Below are positions 1 through 9,892 of a stretch of DNA of 60,138 nucleotides, piece by piece (within the stretch, counting starts at the first letter, position 1; each line of letters begins with the position of its first letter). Below the pieces are notes generated by a model. That model had not been told where the DNA came from. It saw only the letters and a program-made list of their open reading frames with translations, and did not search any database. The DNA is from Bacteroidales bacterium (GTDB lineage Bacteria; Bacteroidota; Bacteroidia; Bacteroidales; UBA7960), in NCBI GenBank assembly GCA_003567625.1, contig PWZB01000070.1:1-60138 (forward strand). The letters are read 5' to 3'. Made by a program: the position numbers and the translations under genes.

Positions 1-567
1 AACAAAGCCTTACAAAACCGATCCGAATTACAGATCGCTTCAGTCAACGTGGAATTGGGAGAATCGGCTGTTAAGCTTGCCGAATCAAGATTTTTGCCCG
101 ACATTGCTCTCAGCGCAAATTACTTTATGGTTAATCCTGACCCTTATCATGGTTTTAGCGATCAGTTCGGCAGAGACTGGAACGTAGGCCTTGTAATGAG
201 AATACCGGTTTTTCACTGGAATGAAAGAAGACACATACTCAATGCTTCAAGGCATGAAAAAAAAGTACAGAAGCTTAAGCTACAAGACTTTAAAGAGCTT
301 GTAAGGCTGGAAGTCAGCAAGATCTTTTATGAGATCAACGAAGCAAATGAGAAAGTAAATGTAGCAGCCCTTTCATTAAAACAAGCCGAAGAAAACCTGA
401 AACTTGCTGAAGATAACTTTGATGCAGGCGCCCTGACTACTACAGAGCTTCTCGAAGCTCAAACACTTTGGCGTAAAGCATACTCAAACCATGTTGAAGC
501 CAAATCGGAACTGATTTTACAACATACAAATATGCAAAAAGCGATAGGTGAATTAATGAATGATTAA
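1..567 (+). CDS. TolC-family outer-membrane efflux protein, C-terminal part (5' end lies outside the window)
   Basis: Frame 1 is open from base 1. The sequence looks like the coiled-coil/barrel part of a TolC/OprM C-terminal half (LSANYFMVNP, AGALTTTELLEAQ). It is followed directly by the adaptor and RND pump genes. Confidence 0.8.
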   Translation, partial: NKALQNRSELQIASVNVELGESAVKLAESRFLPDIALSANYFMVNPDPYHGFSDQFGRDWNVGLVMRIPVFHWNERRHILNASRHEKKVQKLKLQDFKELVRLEVSKIFYEINEANEKVNVAALSLKQAEENLKLAEDNFDAGALTTTELLEAQTLWRKAYSNHVEAKSELILQHTNMQKAIGELMND

Positions 568-649
568 TTTAAATTGTTTCTTTAAAGTCAATCAACAAGA
601 AAAACCCTTTGCAAAAAACAAATATATGTATTTAAAACAAAGAACAACG

Positions 650-1681
650 ATGAATAATAAACCGGTTTTAATCTTACTGCTGATCCTGGCGATATCCTGC
701 AACAGGAACAACGATACCAAAAACAATCATACCGACAGCACCCCTCCCGTATCGGTACTGATAGCTGAAAAAGAGCTTTACAAGCCAAAATTTACTTTTA
801 CCGGGACAATAAAGCCGTTTCGTGAAGCCAATTTAGGAGCGGCTATTCCGGGCAGAGTGGAAAAGCTGCATTTTTCTGAAGGTGATTTTGTGACCAAAGG
901 CTCCCTGATTGCACAGCTCTCAGGAGAAGCAACAGCCATGGCCAGGCACGAATATGAAATACTGAAAAAAGACTATCAACGAATTGCGAGGCTGAGAGAA
1001 AAAGGAAGCTCCACCCAGCAGGATTATGACCATATTAAAGCAAAATTCAAAGCTGCAGAAGCTAAATATGAATTTTTCAAAAATAACAGCAAGATCAGGG
1101 CTCCCTTTTCAGGTGTAATTGTTGAGTACCTTGTTAATGAAGGTGAAACATTTTCATTTTCTCCGGGCCTTGAACCAGGGTATTCCCATGTATCGGGCAT
1201 AGTAAGGTTAATGCAAATGAACCCTGTAAAAATAAATATTGACGTAAACGAAAAATTAATCCCTGAACTGAATAATATTGTAAAAACAACGATAACAACC
1301 GATGTATATCCCGATGAAATTTTTGAAGGTGAAATATCTTTTATAAGACCTGTTTTGTCGCCGGCTTCGCGTACCGCTATGGTTGAAATTACGGTTGACA
1401 ATCCCGGCAATAGCCTTATGCCGGGTATGTTTGCAAGGGCTAACCTTGAGATGGAAAAGGATTCACTGGTCTTCCTTCCCAGGCATGCATTGCTTGACAG
1501 GGAAAACATGACTGCCTCTGTTTGGCTGATAAAGAACGGACGTGCAACTAAACAAGAAACAACCATAATGCTTGAACATAATGGGAAAATGGCTGTAAAA
1601 AATATTCAACATGGAGATACTGTTGTGGTATCGGGCTTGCACGCATTGACTGAAAATAAAAAAGTAAGGTTTGGTGAATGA
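650..1681 (+). CDS. Efflux RND transporter periplasmic adaptor subunit (MFP/HlyD family), lipoprotein
   Basis: The ORF is 560..1681. The ATG at 650 gives MNNKPVLILLLILAISC, a lipoprotein signal. Barrel-sandwich/coiled-coil adaptor-like sequence sits between the TolC and RND genes. The ATG at 626 is also possible. Confidence 0.8.
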   Translation: MNNKPVLILLLILAISCNRNNDTKNNHTDSTPPVSVLIAEKELYKPKFTFTGTIKPFREANLGAAIPGRVEKLHFSEGDFVTKGSLIAQLSGEATAMARHEYEILKKDYQRIARLREKGSSTQQDYDHIKAKFKAAEAKYEFFKNNSKIRAPFSGVIVEYLVNEGETFSFSPGLEPGYSHVSGIVRLMQMNPVKINIDVNEKLIPELNNIVKTTITTDVYPDEIFEGEISFIRPVLSPASRTAMVEITVDNPGNSLMPGMFARANLEMEKDSLVFLPRHALLDRENMTASVWLIKNGRATKQETTIMLEHNGKMAVKNIQHGDTVVVSGLHALTENKKVRFGE

Positions 1682-1753
1682 ATAACGATTTGTTTTGTTT
1701 ATCAGCGATGATTTCCGGGTTTTGAGCTGGCAAGGTGCATAAGATAAAGTGTT

Positions 1754-1816
1754 AATAACGAATAACCAACGATCAACGACTGATTATCAATGATCAATTA
1801 TTAAAACATAAAACCT
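1754..1816. repeat. Phase-locked heptamer tract (9 units, drifting sequence) in the MFP-RND gap
   Basis: The units read AATAACG AATAACC AACGATC AACGACT GATTATC AATGATC AATTATT AAAACAT AAAACCT, all in one 7-bp phase. Confidence 0.7.
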
Positions 1817-1843
1817 GTAAACAACTAAATAATATAATAAGTA

Positions 1844-4800
1844 ATGATATTACCCAGGACAGGAGTAAACAGGCCGGTATTTACGATAATGCTGTTTTTA
1901 GCGATATTCTTATTTGGTATAATAAGCTATAACATGCTTCCGAAGGATGTATTACCTGAAATAGAGTTACCTGCCATTACTGTAGGTACGGTATATCCCG
2001 GTGCATCCGCCGAAGAAGTGGAACGGCATGTTACTATGGAACTTGAAGAAGTACTTGCAGGTACCGGAAATTTAAGGAATATGTTTTCTCAGTCAAAGGA
2101 AAACGTTTCATTCATAACGCTGCAATTCGACTGGCACACCGATTTGGAAGAAGCTGTAAGTACAGTGAGGGACTTCCTTAATTACAAGCAAAGAGATTTG
2201 CCGGATGAAGCCGAAGCACCGATAATCATGAGAGTTGACACTGATATGTTTCCGGTTTTGATTTATGGTATAAGCGCCGTTGAAAGTTATGATGACCTTG
2301 GCCGTATAATTGATGACAAAATAGCAAATGCCATAAATCGTGCTCCGGGAGTGGGTGTTCTATTGGTTATGGGAGAGCCGCGCAAGGAAATAAAAATTGA
2401 AATTGACCATTATAAGCAGAAGGCATATAATTTGTCATTAAGTACTATTATTCAGGCACTAAAATCAGAAAACGTAACAATTCCCGCAGGAAGTATTATT
2501 GCCGGCGAAAGTGATCTTTCGGTCACAGTGCCGGGCGATTTTAAAAATCTTAACGACATAAGCAATACACTGATAACCGTATTTGACGGCAAGCCTGTAA
2601 GACTTTCGCAAATAGCATCAATAACAAAGGGCTTGAAAGACCCGAACGAAATCGCACGGGTAGACGCCAAAGACGGAGTTGGCATATTTGTCATGAAACA
2701 AACAGGCGCAAATACTCTTGATGTGGTAGAAGCGGTAAGGAAAGAGATTGACGAAATCAAACCATTATTGCCCGATGACGTTACCGTTGAAGAACTTATG
2801 GATAACTCCGAGCTCGTTGTCTTCTCAATCAGAAACCTGTTTCGCGCAATTTCCTTCGCATCTGTTTTCGTTATCCTGGTAGTCCTTTTCTTTTTGCGCG
2901 AAATAAGAAGTTCCCTCGTGATAATACTTACCATCCCCTTTTCGCTTATAGTGGCATTCATATATATGTATTTTGCAGGCTTCTCAGTAAATATCTTTTC
3001 TTTATTATCCCTGGCCATTGCTATCGGTATGGTTATTGACAATGCTATAGTCGTTCTTGAAAACATTTCACGGCATATTGAAAACGGTGTCCCGCCCATG
3101 CAGGCAGCAATTATTGGAACCCGTGAAATGGGGCTGGCAATAACTGCTGCCACATTTACAACAATAGCGATATTTGTACCCCTTATTTTCATGGGAGGCA
3201 TAGTAGGGATCATTTTCCGGCAACTGGCCATACTGACTGCCATAACATTATTTGCATCTCTCTTTGTTGCGTTATTCTTAACACCGATGCTTTGTTCAAG
3301 GTTGCTTAATAAATATCCTGAAAAAAACAGAAGCTCATTTATCAAAAACGCAAGCGAAAAGTTTTTTATCTCAATAGAAAAGCTGTATCTCAGAATACTG
3401 AATTATTCATTACATCATAAAAATCTAATTGTAGCATTTATTATAATCATTTTCATCTCAGCACTTTTCTTGACACGCTTTATAGGCACAGATTATATTC
3501 CGGAATTTGATGCCGGTGATGTCAGCGCTCTTGTAGAAACCCGTATTGATGCAAGCACAGAGGAAACAATAAAATTAACAAAAAAGATTGAAAATATTTT
3601 TTTGGAAGAGATGCCCGAAATTCGCAGTCTTTATTCTTTAACAGGTCAAAGTGTTGAAGGTATATTAGGTTCAGTAGGTTTCAGAGAAGGTAAAAACATC
3701 GTAACCGTTTTTGCAAGGCTTTCTTTACCCGAAGAACGACAAAGGTCATCGGAGGAAGTAGCGGAAATTATAAAAAAAAGAATTGCTGAAGTACCTGAAG
3801 CAGAAATCTATACTACCACCGGTGGAAGCCTGCTGTCATCTGCGGTGATGGGAAACATAAAGCCCGTTGAAGTCAAAATAACAGGGTTTGACCTTGACTC
3901 GTTGAACCGGGTAGCAGGTGACATCGAAAACATGCTGAGCAATATGCAAAACATTACAAATATAGAATCAACCATTGACCGTGGCAAACCGGAGCTTAGA
4001 GTTATTCTTGACAAAGACAAAGTTTCTTCAGCCGGATTAAATACAGCTTTTGCTTCGCAGCAAATCAGGCAGAGCATCTTTGGTGCCCGGGGCGGTAATA
4101 TTAATATTGAAGGCGAAAACATACCCATTAACATCAGGTATCCGAAAGAATATCGAAGCAGCATTCAACATCTTGACAATATTATGCTTAGTACTTTAAC
4201 CGGAGGTCAAATACCCTTAAGTCTTGTATCTGAAGTTGAGGAAGGGATGGGAAGGCTTGAAATAAGGCGTGAAATGAGACAAAGAGCGGTATATGTATCA
4301 GCCGGCCCGCATGGAGTGTCACTTGGCGAAGCAGCAGAAATGGTGAAAGAAGAATTGAAGAATATCAACATCCCGGAAGGCGTTAATGTTGAAATTGCAG
4401 GGCAGGTAGAAGAGCAAAAGGAAGCTTTTCAAAACCTGTATTGGATATTCTTACTCGGATTAATACTGGTATTTATGGTTATGGCATCGCTGTTTGAATC
4501 ATTAAAACATCCTTTTATCATCATTTTTACAGTACCATTATCAATCATCGGTATTATCCTTGCTTTTCTTATCACCGGCCTTACGCTAAGTGTTATCACT
4601 TTCCTGGGTATAATAATGCTTATAGGAATTGTTGTGAACAACGGGATTGTTCTTGTTGATTACACTAATCTGCTTATAAAACGTGATATTCCTTTCATTG
4701 AAGCCGTTATACAAGCGGGAAGGAACAGGCTTCGCCCGGTACTTATGACCTCTTTCACAACCATACTTGCTATGATCCCTATGGCCCTGAGTACAGGTAT

Positions 4801-4924
4801 GGGTTCGGAAATATGGTCACCCCTTGGTGTGACAATAATAGGAGGACTGATAATCTCAACCGTTGTAACCCTGGTGCTTATACCGGTGTTATATGTAGCA
4901 TTTAACAGGAAGAAGGCCAAATAG
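1844..4924 (+). CDS. RND efflux permease (AcrB/AcrD/AcrF-type), 1026 aa
   Basis: Length, 12-TM layout with two large periplasmic loops and the conserved N-terminus (RPVFTIMLFLAIFLFGIISY) fit the family. The operon context with MFP and TolC agrees. Confidence 0.92.
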   Translation: MILPRTGVNRPVFTIMLFLAIFLFGIISYNMLPKDVLPEIELPAITVGTVYPGASAEEVERHVTMELEEVLAGTGNLRNMFSQSKENVSFITLQFDWHTDLEEAVSTVRDFLNYKQRDLPDEAEAPIIMRVDTDMFPVLIYGISAVESYDDLGRIIDDKIANAINRAPGVGVLLVMGEPRKEIKIEIDHYKQKAYNLSLSTIIQALKSENVTIPAGSIIAGESDLSVTVPGDFKNLNDISNTLITVFDGKPVRLSQIASITKGLKDPNEIARVDAKDGVGIFVMKQTGANTLDVVEAVRKEIDEIKPLLPDDVTVEELMDNSELVVFSIRNLFRAISFASVFVILVVLFFLREIRSSLVIILTIPFSLIVAFIYMYFAGFSVNIFSLLSLAIAIGMVIDNAIVVLENISRHIENGVPPMQAAIIGTREMGLAITAATFTTIAIFVPLIFMGGIVGIIFRQLAILTAITLFASLFVALFLTPMLCSRLLNKYPEKNRSSFIKNASEKFFISIEKLYLRILNYSLHHKNLIVAFIIIIFISALFLTRFIGTDYIPEFDAGDVSALVETRIDASTEETIKLTKKIENIFLEEMPEIRSLYSLTGQSVEGILGSVGFREGKNIVTVFARLSLPEERQRSSEEVAEIIKKRIAEVPEAEIYTTTGGSLLSSAVMGNIKPVEVKITGFDLDSLNRVAGDIENMLSNMQNITNIESTIDRGKPELRVILDKDKVSSAGLNTAFASQQIRQSIFGARGGNINIEGENIPINIRYPKEYRSSIQHLDNIMLSTLTGGQIPLSLVSEVEEGMGRLEIRREMRQRAVYVSAGPHGVSLGEAAEMVKEELKNINIPEGVNVEIAGQVEEQKEAFQNLYWIFLLGLILVFMVMASLFESLKHPFIIIFTVPLSIIGIILAFLITGLTLSVITFLGIIMLIGIVVNNGIVLVDYTNLLIKRDIPFIEAVIQAGRNRLRPVLMTSFTTILAMIPMALSTGMGSEIWSPLGVTIIGGLIISTVVTLVLIPVLYVAFNRKKAK

Positions 4925-4979
4925 TGTCTGTCTATAAAGTCATTTTTTCAGATGTCTTTATGCTAATTTGAATATCGTC

Positions 4980-5651
4980 TTAATATTGCCTTTCGCCAAA
5001 CAGCGCCGTGCCAATACGTACCATAGTGCTCCCCTCTTCTATTGCTATTTCATAATCGCTCGACATGCCCATGGATATTTCGGAAAATACGTCATCTGAT
5101 CGAAAATATTTTTCTTTGACTTTTTCAAAAATAGTTTTTAGAGCTTTAAACTCTTTTCTTATCTGTTTCTCATTATCAGTAAAAGTTGCCATAGCCATCA
5201 CTCCTTTAACGGAAATATTCTTCATCTGCCTGAACTCATCGCTTTCCATTATCCGCAAAACTTCATCCATTGTCATACCAAACTTGGTCTCTTCTTCAGC
5301 TATATGTATCTGGAAAAGACAGTTGATTACCCGTTCGTTTTTCAAACCCTCTTTATTTATGACATTAAGCAACTTTAGGCTATCAACCGATTGTATCATA
5401 TCAATAAAGGGTGCAATATATTTTACCTTATTCCTTTGCAAATGGCCAACCATATGCCATTTTATATCTTTTGGCAGTTTTTCATATTTGGGCAAAAGTT
5501 CCTGCACCCTGGTTTCACCAAAAATACGCTGGCCACAATCATAAAGACTCAGTATCTCATCAGGTGATTTTGTTTTGCCAATCGCAACAATCTTCAGATT
5601 TGAAGGAATGGCATCAAGCATTTTTTTATAGTTTTCACTTATTGTCACCAT
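4980..5651 (-). CDS. yggS: YggS-family pyridoxal-phosphate homeostasis protein
   Basis: 223 aa with an alanine-racemase-N-like fold. It has the AIGKTK lysine motif, HMVGHLQRNKVK and the C-terminal GSTMVRIGTALFG. Confidence 0.88.
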   Translation of the reverse strand: MVTISENYKKMLDAIPSNLKIVAIGKTKSPDEILSLYDCGQRIFGETRVQELLPKYEKLPKDIKWHMVGHLQRNKVKYIAPFIDMIQSVDSLKLLNVINKEGLKNERVINCLFQIHIAEEETKFGMTMDEVLRIMESDEFRQMKNISVKGVMAMATFTDNEKQIRKEFKALKTIFEKVKEKYFRSDDVFSEISMGMSSDYEIAIEEGSTMVRIGTALFGERQY

Positions 5652-5769
5652 AGTTGAAAGTATTTATATTTTTCAGCAAATTTAATAATTGGTTTTGTTT
5701 TATTAAAAATCAGATCTGTTCTGTTCGGTTCTGTTTTCAGAAACCCCTGTAGTATGAATATATTATCCG

Positions 5770-6702
5770 TTACATTTCATCCACCAGGTTTGAAGGTATC
5801 TTAATTTCATAAGTTTTGTTATTTCTATTTGTAAGTGAATATTTTTTCAGCCATGGGTTATATTCGCGAAGCAGTTTGTAATTAATTCCAAGGTCAAGGG
5901 CAAACTGCGGAAGGTCGGTAATTGATGAATCTACTTCTAAAATATCATATTCGAGTGGATGATACAAGTCTTGTTTTCTAAAATTAAAGCCGGCTTGTTG
6001 CGGGTTGGAAAAAATATATTTTACCGCTAATATTCTGAAGACGTACCTTGATGTTTCTTCGTTAAGCAAAAGGTCATAATAACAATCTGCCTTCTGGTTG
6101 GCAAGTTGACGGTTAAGGGCTGTCCTGCCCATATTATATGCTGCAGATGCCAGGGTCCATGTACCATACCTTTCGTATGCATCCTGTAAATATTTACACG
6201 CAGCCTCTGTTGATCTTTCAACATGATACCTTTCATCTACTTCGGAAGTTATCTCTAAACCAAGCTCCTGGCCTGTTGATGAGAGAATCTGCCAAAACCC
6301 TGTGGCACCGGCAGGTGAAACAGCATTTGTCAATCCGCTCTCTATCAATGCAAGATATTTAAAATCATCAGGCATCCCGTTCTTTTCCAAAATCGGTTCT
6401 ATCACAGGAAACCATCTGTTTGCCCTTTTAAAAAACAGGAGAGTTTGAGATTGCCAGTAAGTATTGACTAAAAGCTCCCTGTCAAACCTCTCCCTGACAT
6501 TGAAATCGTCCAGTGGAACAGGCTCACCGGCAAATTCAAGATGTTCCGGATGTGGAACAGCAAAAACATTATAACCCTCCTTGTAATCTTCTAAGTATAC
6601 TTTATCATAACGGTCTGGATTTGATGAAAAAACGAAGATCTTTAAAACCAAAATGGAAGATAAAAAATATATGGCTGTTATCAGCTTGTTAGTCTTACTC
6701 AT
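5770..6702 (-). CDS. Lytic transglycosylase domain protein (SLT/MltD-like), membrane-anchored
   Basis: It has an N-terminal TM helix and an SLT catalytic region (LALIESGLTNAVSPAGATGFWQI ... AAYNMG). Confidence 0.8.
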   Translation of the reverse strand: MSKTNKLITAIYFLSSILVLKIFVFSSNPDRYDKVYLEDYKEGYNVFAVPHPEHLEFAGEPVPLDDFNVRERFDRELLVNTYWQSQTLLFFKRANRWFPVIEPILEKNGMPDDFKYLALIESGLTNAVSPAGATGFWQILSSTGQELGLEITSEVDERYHVERSTEAACKYLQDAYERYGTWTLASAAYNMGRTALNRQLANQKADCYYDLLLNEETSRYVFRILAVKYIFSNPQQAGFNFRKQDLYHPLEYDILEVDSSITDLPQFALDLGINYKLLREYNPWLKKYSLTNRNNKTYEIKIPSNLVDEM

Positions 6703-6849
6703 GGCGTTTATCTTAAATATTAAAGAATCTGTTATTTAATTTATATAACCTGAAATTCCTGATTAAATTATACGAATAAGAAATAATTTCTGTTTTATTG
6801 TTGCTTGCTTTTTTTATGGCAGTTACAGCAAAAAATAGGCCAAAGCCAA

Positions 6850-7593
6850 TTAAAAACCTTCATGCAATCGTCTTTGTCTTAAAGCTTCAAAAAGCACAAC
6901 ACCAGCCGAAACAGATACATTCAAGGAGCCTGTCTTTCCTTTCATAGGTATGGCAATTTCATGATCAGCAAGCTTCAGACATGCTTTTGATACTCCCTTA
7001 TTTTCCGAGCCAAGCACTATGGCAACGGGATAACGAAGGTTAGCATCGTATATGTTTTGTTTGCTTCTATTTGTGGTTGCTATAACACTAATTCCACATT
7101 CGCTGATAAAGGATATTGTTTCAGGCAAATTATTTTCTTTACAGACCGGTATCCTGGTTAATGCACCTGCTGATGTTTTGATGCTGACAGCATTAACGGC
7201 AGCGCTGTTTTTTTTCGGGATTACCAGTGCATGGACGCCGGCACATTCTGCCGTGCGTGCAATGCCGCCAAAGTTGCGAACATCCGTAATCCCATCCAAT
7301 ATCAAAAGCAGCGGAGCCTCACCGCTGTCCCAGGCTTTGCTTATTACATCTTCAACCTTCCAATATATTACCGATGACACGTACGCTACAACACCCTGAT
7401 GATTGCTGCGGGTCACCTTGTTAAGCTTTTCAACGGGAACAACCTGGTACGGAATACTCTTATCGCGTATCTCCCTGAAAAGAGCAGAAAAGTTCTCGCC
7501 TTTAAGTCCTTTTTGAATAAGTACTTTCTCAGGTATCTTTCCTTCACTTATTGCCTCAGCTACCGGATGAATGCCATATATAATGTTTTCCAA
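6850..7593 (-). CDS. rlmB: 23S rRNA (guanosine-2'-O)-methyltransferase RlmB (SpoU/TrmH family)
   Basis: 247 aa with N-terminal IYGIHPVAEA and SpoU motifs (DGITDVRNFGGIARTAE, VLGSENKG, IPMKGKTGSLNVSVSAG). The start codon is TTG. Confidence 0.85.
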   Translation of the reverse strand: MENIIYGIHPVAEAISEGKIPEKVLIQKGLKGENFSALFREIRDKSIPYQVVPVEKLNKVTRSNHQGVVAYVSSVIYWKVEDVISKAWDSGEAPLLLILDGITDVRNFGGIARTAECAGVHALVIPKKNSAAVNAVSIKTSAGALTRIPVCKENNLPETISFISECGISVIATTNRSKQNIYDANLRYPVAIVLGSENKGVSKACLKLADHEIAIPMKGKTGSLNVSVSAGVVLFEALRQRRLHEGF

Positions 7594-7690
7594 TTGAATT
7601 GTTTTTTATTGTTTAAACAAAATGAATTTTACCGCAAAAAGCATATTTTGCGCAAGTATTTTTTGAGTTCTTTATGTTTGATCATATAAA

Positions 7691-7794
7691 TATGGTTATA
7701 TGGTTATATGGTTATATGGTTATATGGTTATATGGTTATATGGTTATATGGTTATATGGCTATATGGCTATATGGCTATATGGCTATATGGCTA
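7691..7794. repeat. Octamer tandem array (TATGGTTA)x8 followed by (TATGGCTA)x5
   Basis: Counted base by base: 13 perfect units in two homogeneous blocks that differ by one T>C. Confidence 0.95.
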
Positions 7795-7826
7795 TCAAAC
7801 CATCTAACTATCAAACCATCTAACCA
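7795..7826. repeat. 2 x 16-bp direct repeat (TCAAACCATCTAACTA / TCAAACCATCTAACCA), in 8-bp phase with the preceding array
   Basis: Direct reading of the sequence. It ends 4 bp before the stop codon of the GWxTD gene. Confidence 0.9.
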
Positions 7827-7830
7827 CATT

Positions 7831-9075
7831 CTACCTTCTTATCCTTTCCACAGCGTGAAACCAAACATGCCTGTATTCTGGTTTACGTTCGAGTTCGTAA
7901 CATGTTATTCCAAATGGTGCATCAATTTTCCGGAAATTAAATTCCGTATCCGGCACACGCCAAGTACCATAATAAACCCATTTTTCGGAATTATCATCTT
8001 TAATGACACGATCCGGTGTGCCAAAAACAGTGTATATCATACCACGGTCGGTTTTCCATCCTTCTTTCCACGTAGTAAAATGTTCATTTGATTTTTTCAC
8101 ATTATCATAAAAGATGTCAACTGTTTTTTTGCCTCTCAGATGTGTTCCTGCCATTGTAGTCCAGAAAATATCAACAGCATCTTCAGGGTCAGGGTGTGAT
8201 ATTAAGTCCTCAAACTCTTTGCTACTTGTAAGATATCGCAATGGGAGCAACATTTGATTATCATCAAAATAATAGAGTAAAGCCCCGCCGGCGGCTTCAC
8301 TCTCAAGATCAATCTTGTATAGCCCGGCTGTTTCAAATGGCAAATCGGCAACGCCTTTTTCAAATGCTATTTGAAAAACCTTATCCGGCTTCATTTCCGG
8401 AAAGTGTAGCGGCTCATCAAAAAATGGCGGAGGCGCAACAGGCTGCGGCTTTGTGTATACCTTGATGCCGGCTTTTTGGAAAATATCCTCTTTATAACGC
8501 AAAATATAATTACCGCTTTGCGATATAAAAGGCGAAAACATCAAAGTTTTATCATTATTATCATTAGTATAATAAATTTTGAAATACTGAAAATTATTAT
8601 CGCCGGTTTTATTTATTTTCAACAGGTTTGTACTGTGAGCCTGACTGTTAATATCTGTCATTGTCAATTGCATTATATACCTTTCACTGCCAGGTATGCT
8701 TAAAATAACACTGTCGGTTATACTTAAACCTGATTTATAAAGCGAAGTATCGGATAAAAAAACAGTTAAGCTGTCTGTTACAACGTTTGCAGTAAAAGAA
8801 TCCAAAAGCCTGTAATGAATCTTATAATTTGCGGTATATATTTCTTTTTCCGAATCCCTCGCATAATGAAGCTCATCAGAAGATATTTTGTAGAAGAGAG
8901 TGCTGGAATCATTTGAATGATGAAATACCAGGTAATCAGGATTAAGCTGAAGTTTAGTCTCATCATAAAGAAAATCAAGATTTTGTCGCGATAGCCGTGT
9001 TACGGTTTTACAACTTTTAAAGCTGCCAAAAATGACGGCTAGTATGAAAAATATAATAATCCGTTTAATTAACAT
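7831..9075 (-). CDS. GWxTD domain-containing protein (secreted)
   Basis: 414 aa with an N-terminal signal-like segment and a literal GWKTDRG...VFGTPD motif near the C-terminus. Confidence 0.75.
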   Translation of the reverse strand: MLIKRIIIFFILAVIFGSFKSCKTVTRLSRQNLDFLYDETKLQLNPDYLVFHHSNDSSTLFYKISSDELHYARDSEKEIYTANYKIHYRLLDSFTANVVTDSLTVFLSDTSLYKSGLSITDSVILSIPGSERYIMQLTMTDINSQAHSTNLLKINKTGDNNFQYFKIYYTNDNNDKTLMFSPFISQSGNYILRYKEDIFQKAGIKVYTKPQPVAPPPFFDEPLHFPEMKPDKVFQIAFEKGVADLPFETAGLYKIDLESEAAGGALLYYFDDNQMLLPLRYLTSSKEFEDLISHPDPEDAVDIFWTTMAGTHLRGKKTVDIFYDNVKKSNEHFTTWKEGWKTDRGMIYTVFGTPDRVIKDDNSEKWVYYGTWRVPDTEFNFRKIDAPFGITCYELERKPEYRHVWFHAVERIRR

Positions 9076-9411
9076 AACTGCTCTTTATAAAATTTATCTT
9101 ACGAAAATACAAAAGCAAATTGAAATATATAGTGTGAATCATTAAAAAGATTTTCCATGATAAAATCATATTTATAAATTTCAAAAAAATTATTTATGCA
9201 CTAAGATATGAGTCAACTCCGAAAACGAAATTTTCGATAATTTATAAAATTTACTATTAATTAAAGTGTTGAATGTCAATAAAATAATTTGTGATAATTA
9301 GCTTCTCCGAGTTCCACTACGTTCCGGTTAGTGTAATTAATGGACAAAAATCTTTTATAGTGGGCTCGATTATGTTAAGCAAAATCGCAAAAAAGATCTG
9401 AAAAAGCAAAA

Positions 9412-9816
9412 TTATATATTAACAATGGTAACGATAATATTTCTTTTTTTTCGTGGTCCGTCGAATTCACAAAAAAAGATATTTTGCCAAGTTGACAAAC
9501 CTATTTTCCCGTTAATTACGGGTATTGTTTCGGAAGGGCCGATGATTCCGGCTTTGAGGTGGGCATCTGCATTGCCGTCTTGTGCATCGTGAAGCCATAC
9601 GCCCTGCGGAATATACTTTCTGAGCAAAGCAATCACGTCAGTTTGCACACTTTCATCCCACCCTTCCTGTATCATTATTGCTGCAGTTGCGCCTTGTGCG
9701 TAAACATTTATCAAACCTTTTTCTGTATCGCTACCGTAGAGAACAGACTCCACTTCACTTGTGATATCATATAATCCCTCGCGGCTGTGCGTTTGTATTG
9801 TTATAATATCTTGCAT
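9412..9816 (-). CDS. yjbQ: YjbQ/UPF0047 family protein (secondary thiamine-phosphate synthase)
   Basis: 134 aa with a family-typical layout (ITSEV..., YAQGATAAIMIQEGWDESV, DGNADAHLKA). Confidence 0.75.
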   Translation of the reverse strand: MQDIITIQTHSREGLYDITSEVESVLYGSDTEKGLINVYAQGATAAIMIQEGWDESVQTDVIALLRKYIPQGVWLHDAQDGNADAHLKAGIIGPSETIPVINGKIGLSTWQNIFFCEFDGPRKKRNIIVTIVNI

Positions 9817-9847
9817 ACTACTATAATAGTTGTTGATATCTCAGTTG

Positions 9848-9855
9848 CAAAAATA
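9848..9855 (-). promoter_or_regulatory. Candidate Bacteroidota -7 box (TATTTTTG) for yjbQ
   Basis: The reverse complement of CAAAAATA matches TAnnTTTG, 32 nt upstream of the yjbQ ATG. Confidence 0.35.
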
Positions 9856-9892
9856 ACGATAAAACAGTTTGTCAGATTTTTATTAATAATCA

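Noticed and set aside
2452-4920. Several antisense ORFs (70-297 aa) inside the RND pump gene, with similar shadow ORFs inside purL, ffh, the ABC permease and others
   Set aside because: They are shadow ORFs opposite long, well-supported genes and have no independent signals.
7691-7794. Possible CRISPR array (also considered for 10955-11003 and 28463-28511)
   Set aside because: Units are 7-8 bp and contiguous with no spacers, there are no cas genes, and the repeat length is far below CRISPR range.
7708-8091. 127-aa ORF (MVIWLYGYMVIWLYGY...)
   Set aside because: It is simply the translation of the octamer array and runs antisense into the GWxTD gene, so it is not a gene.
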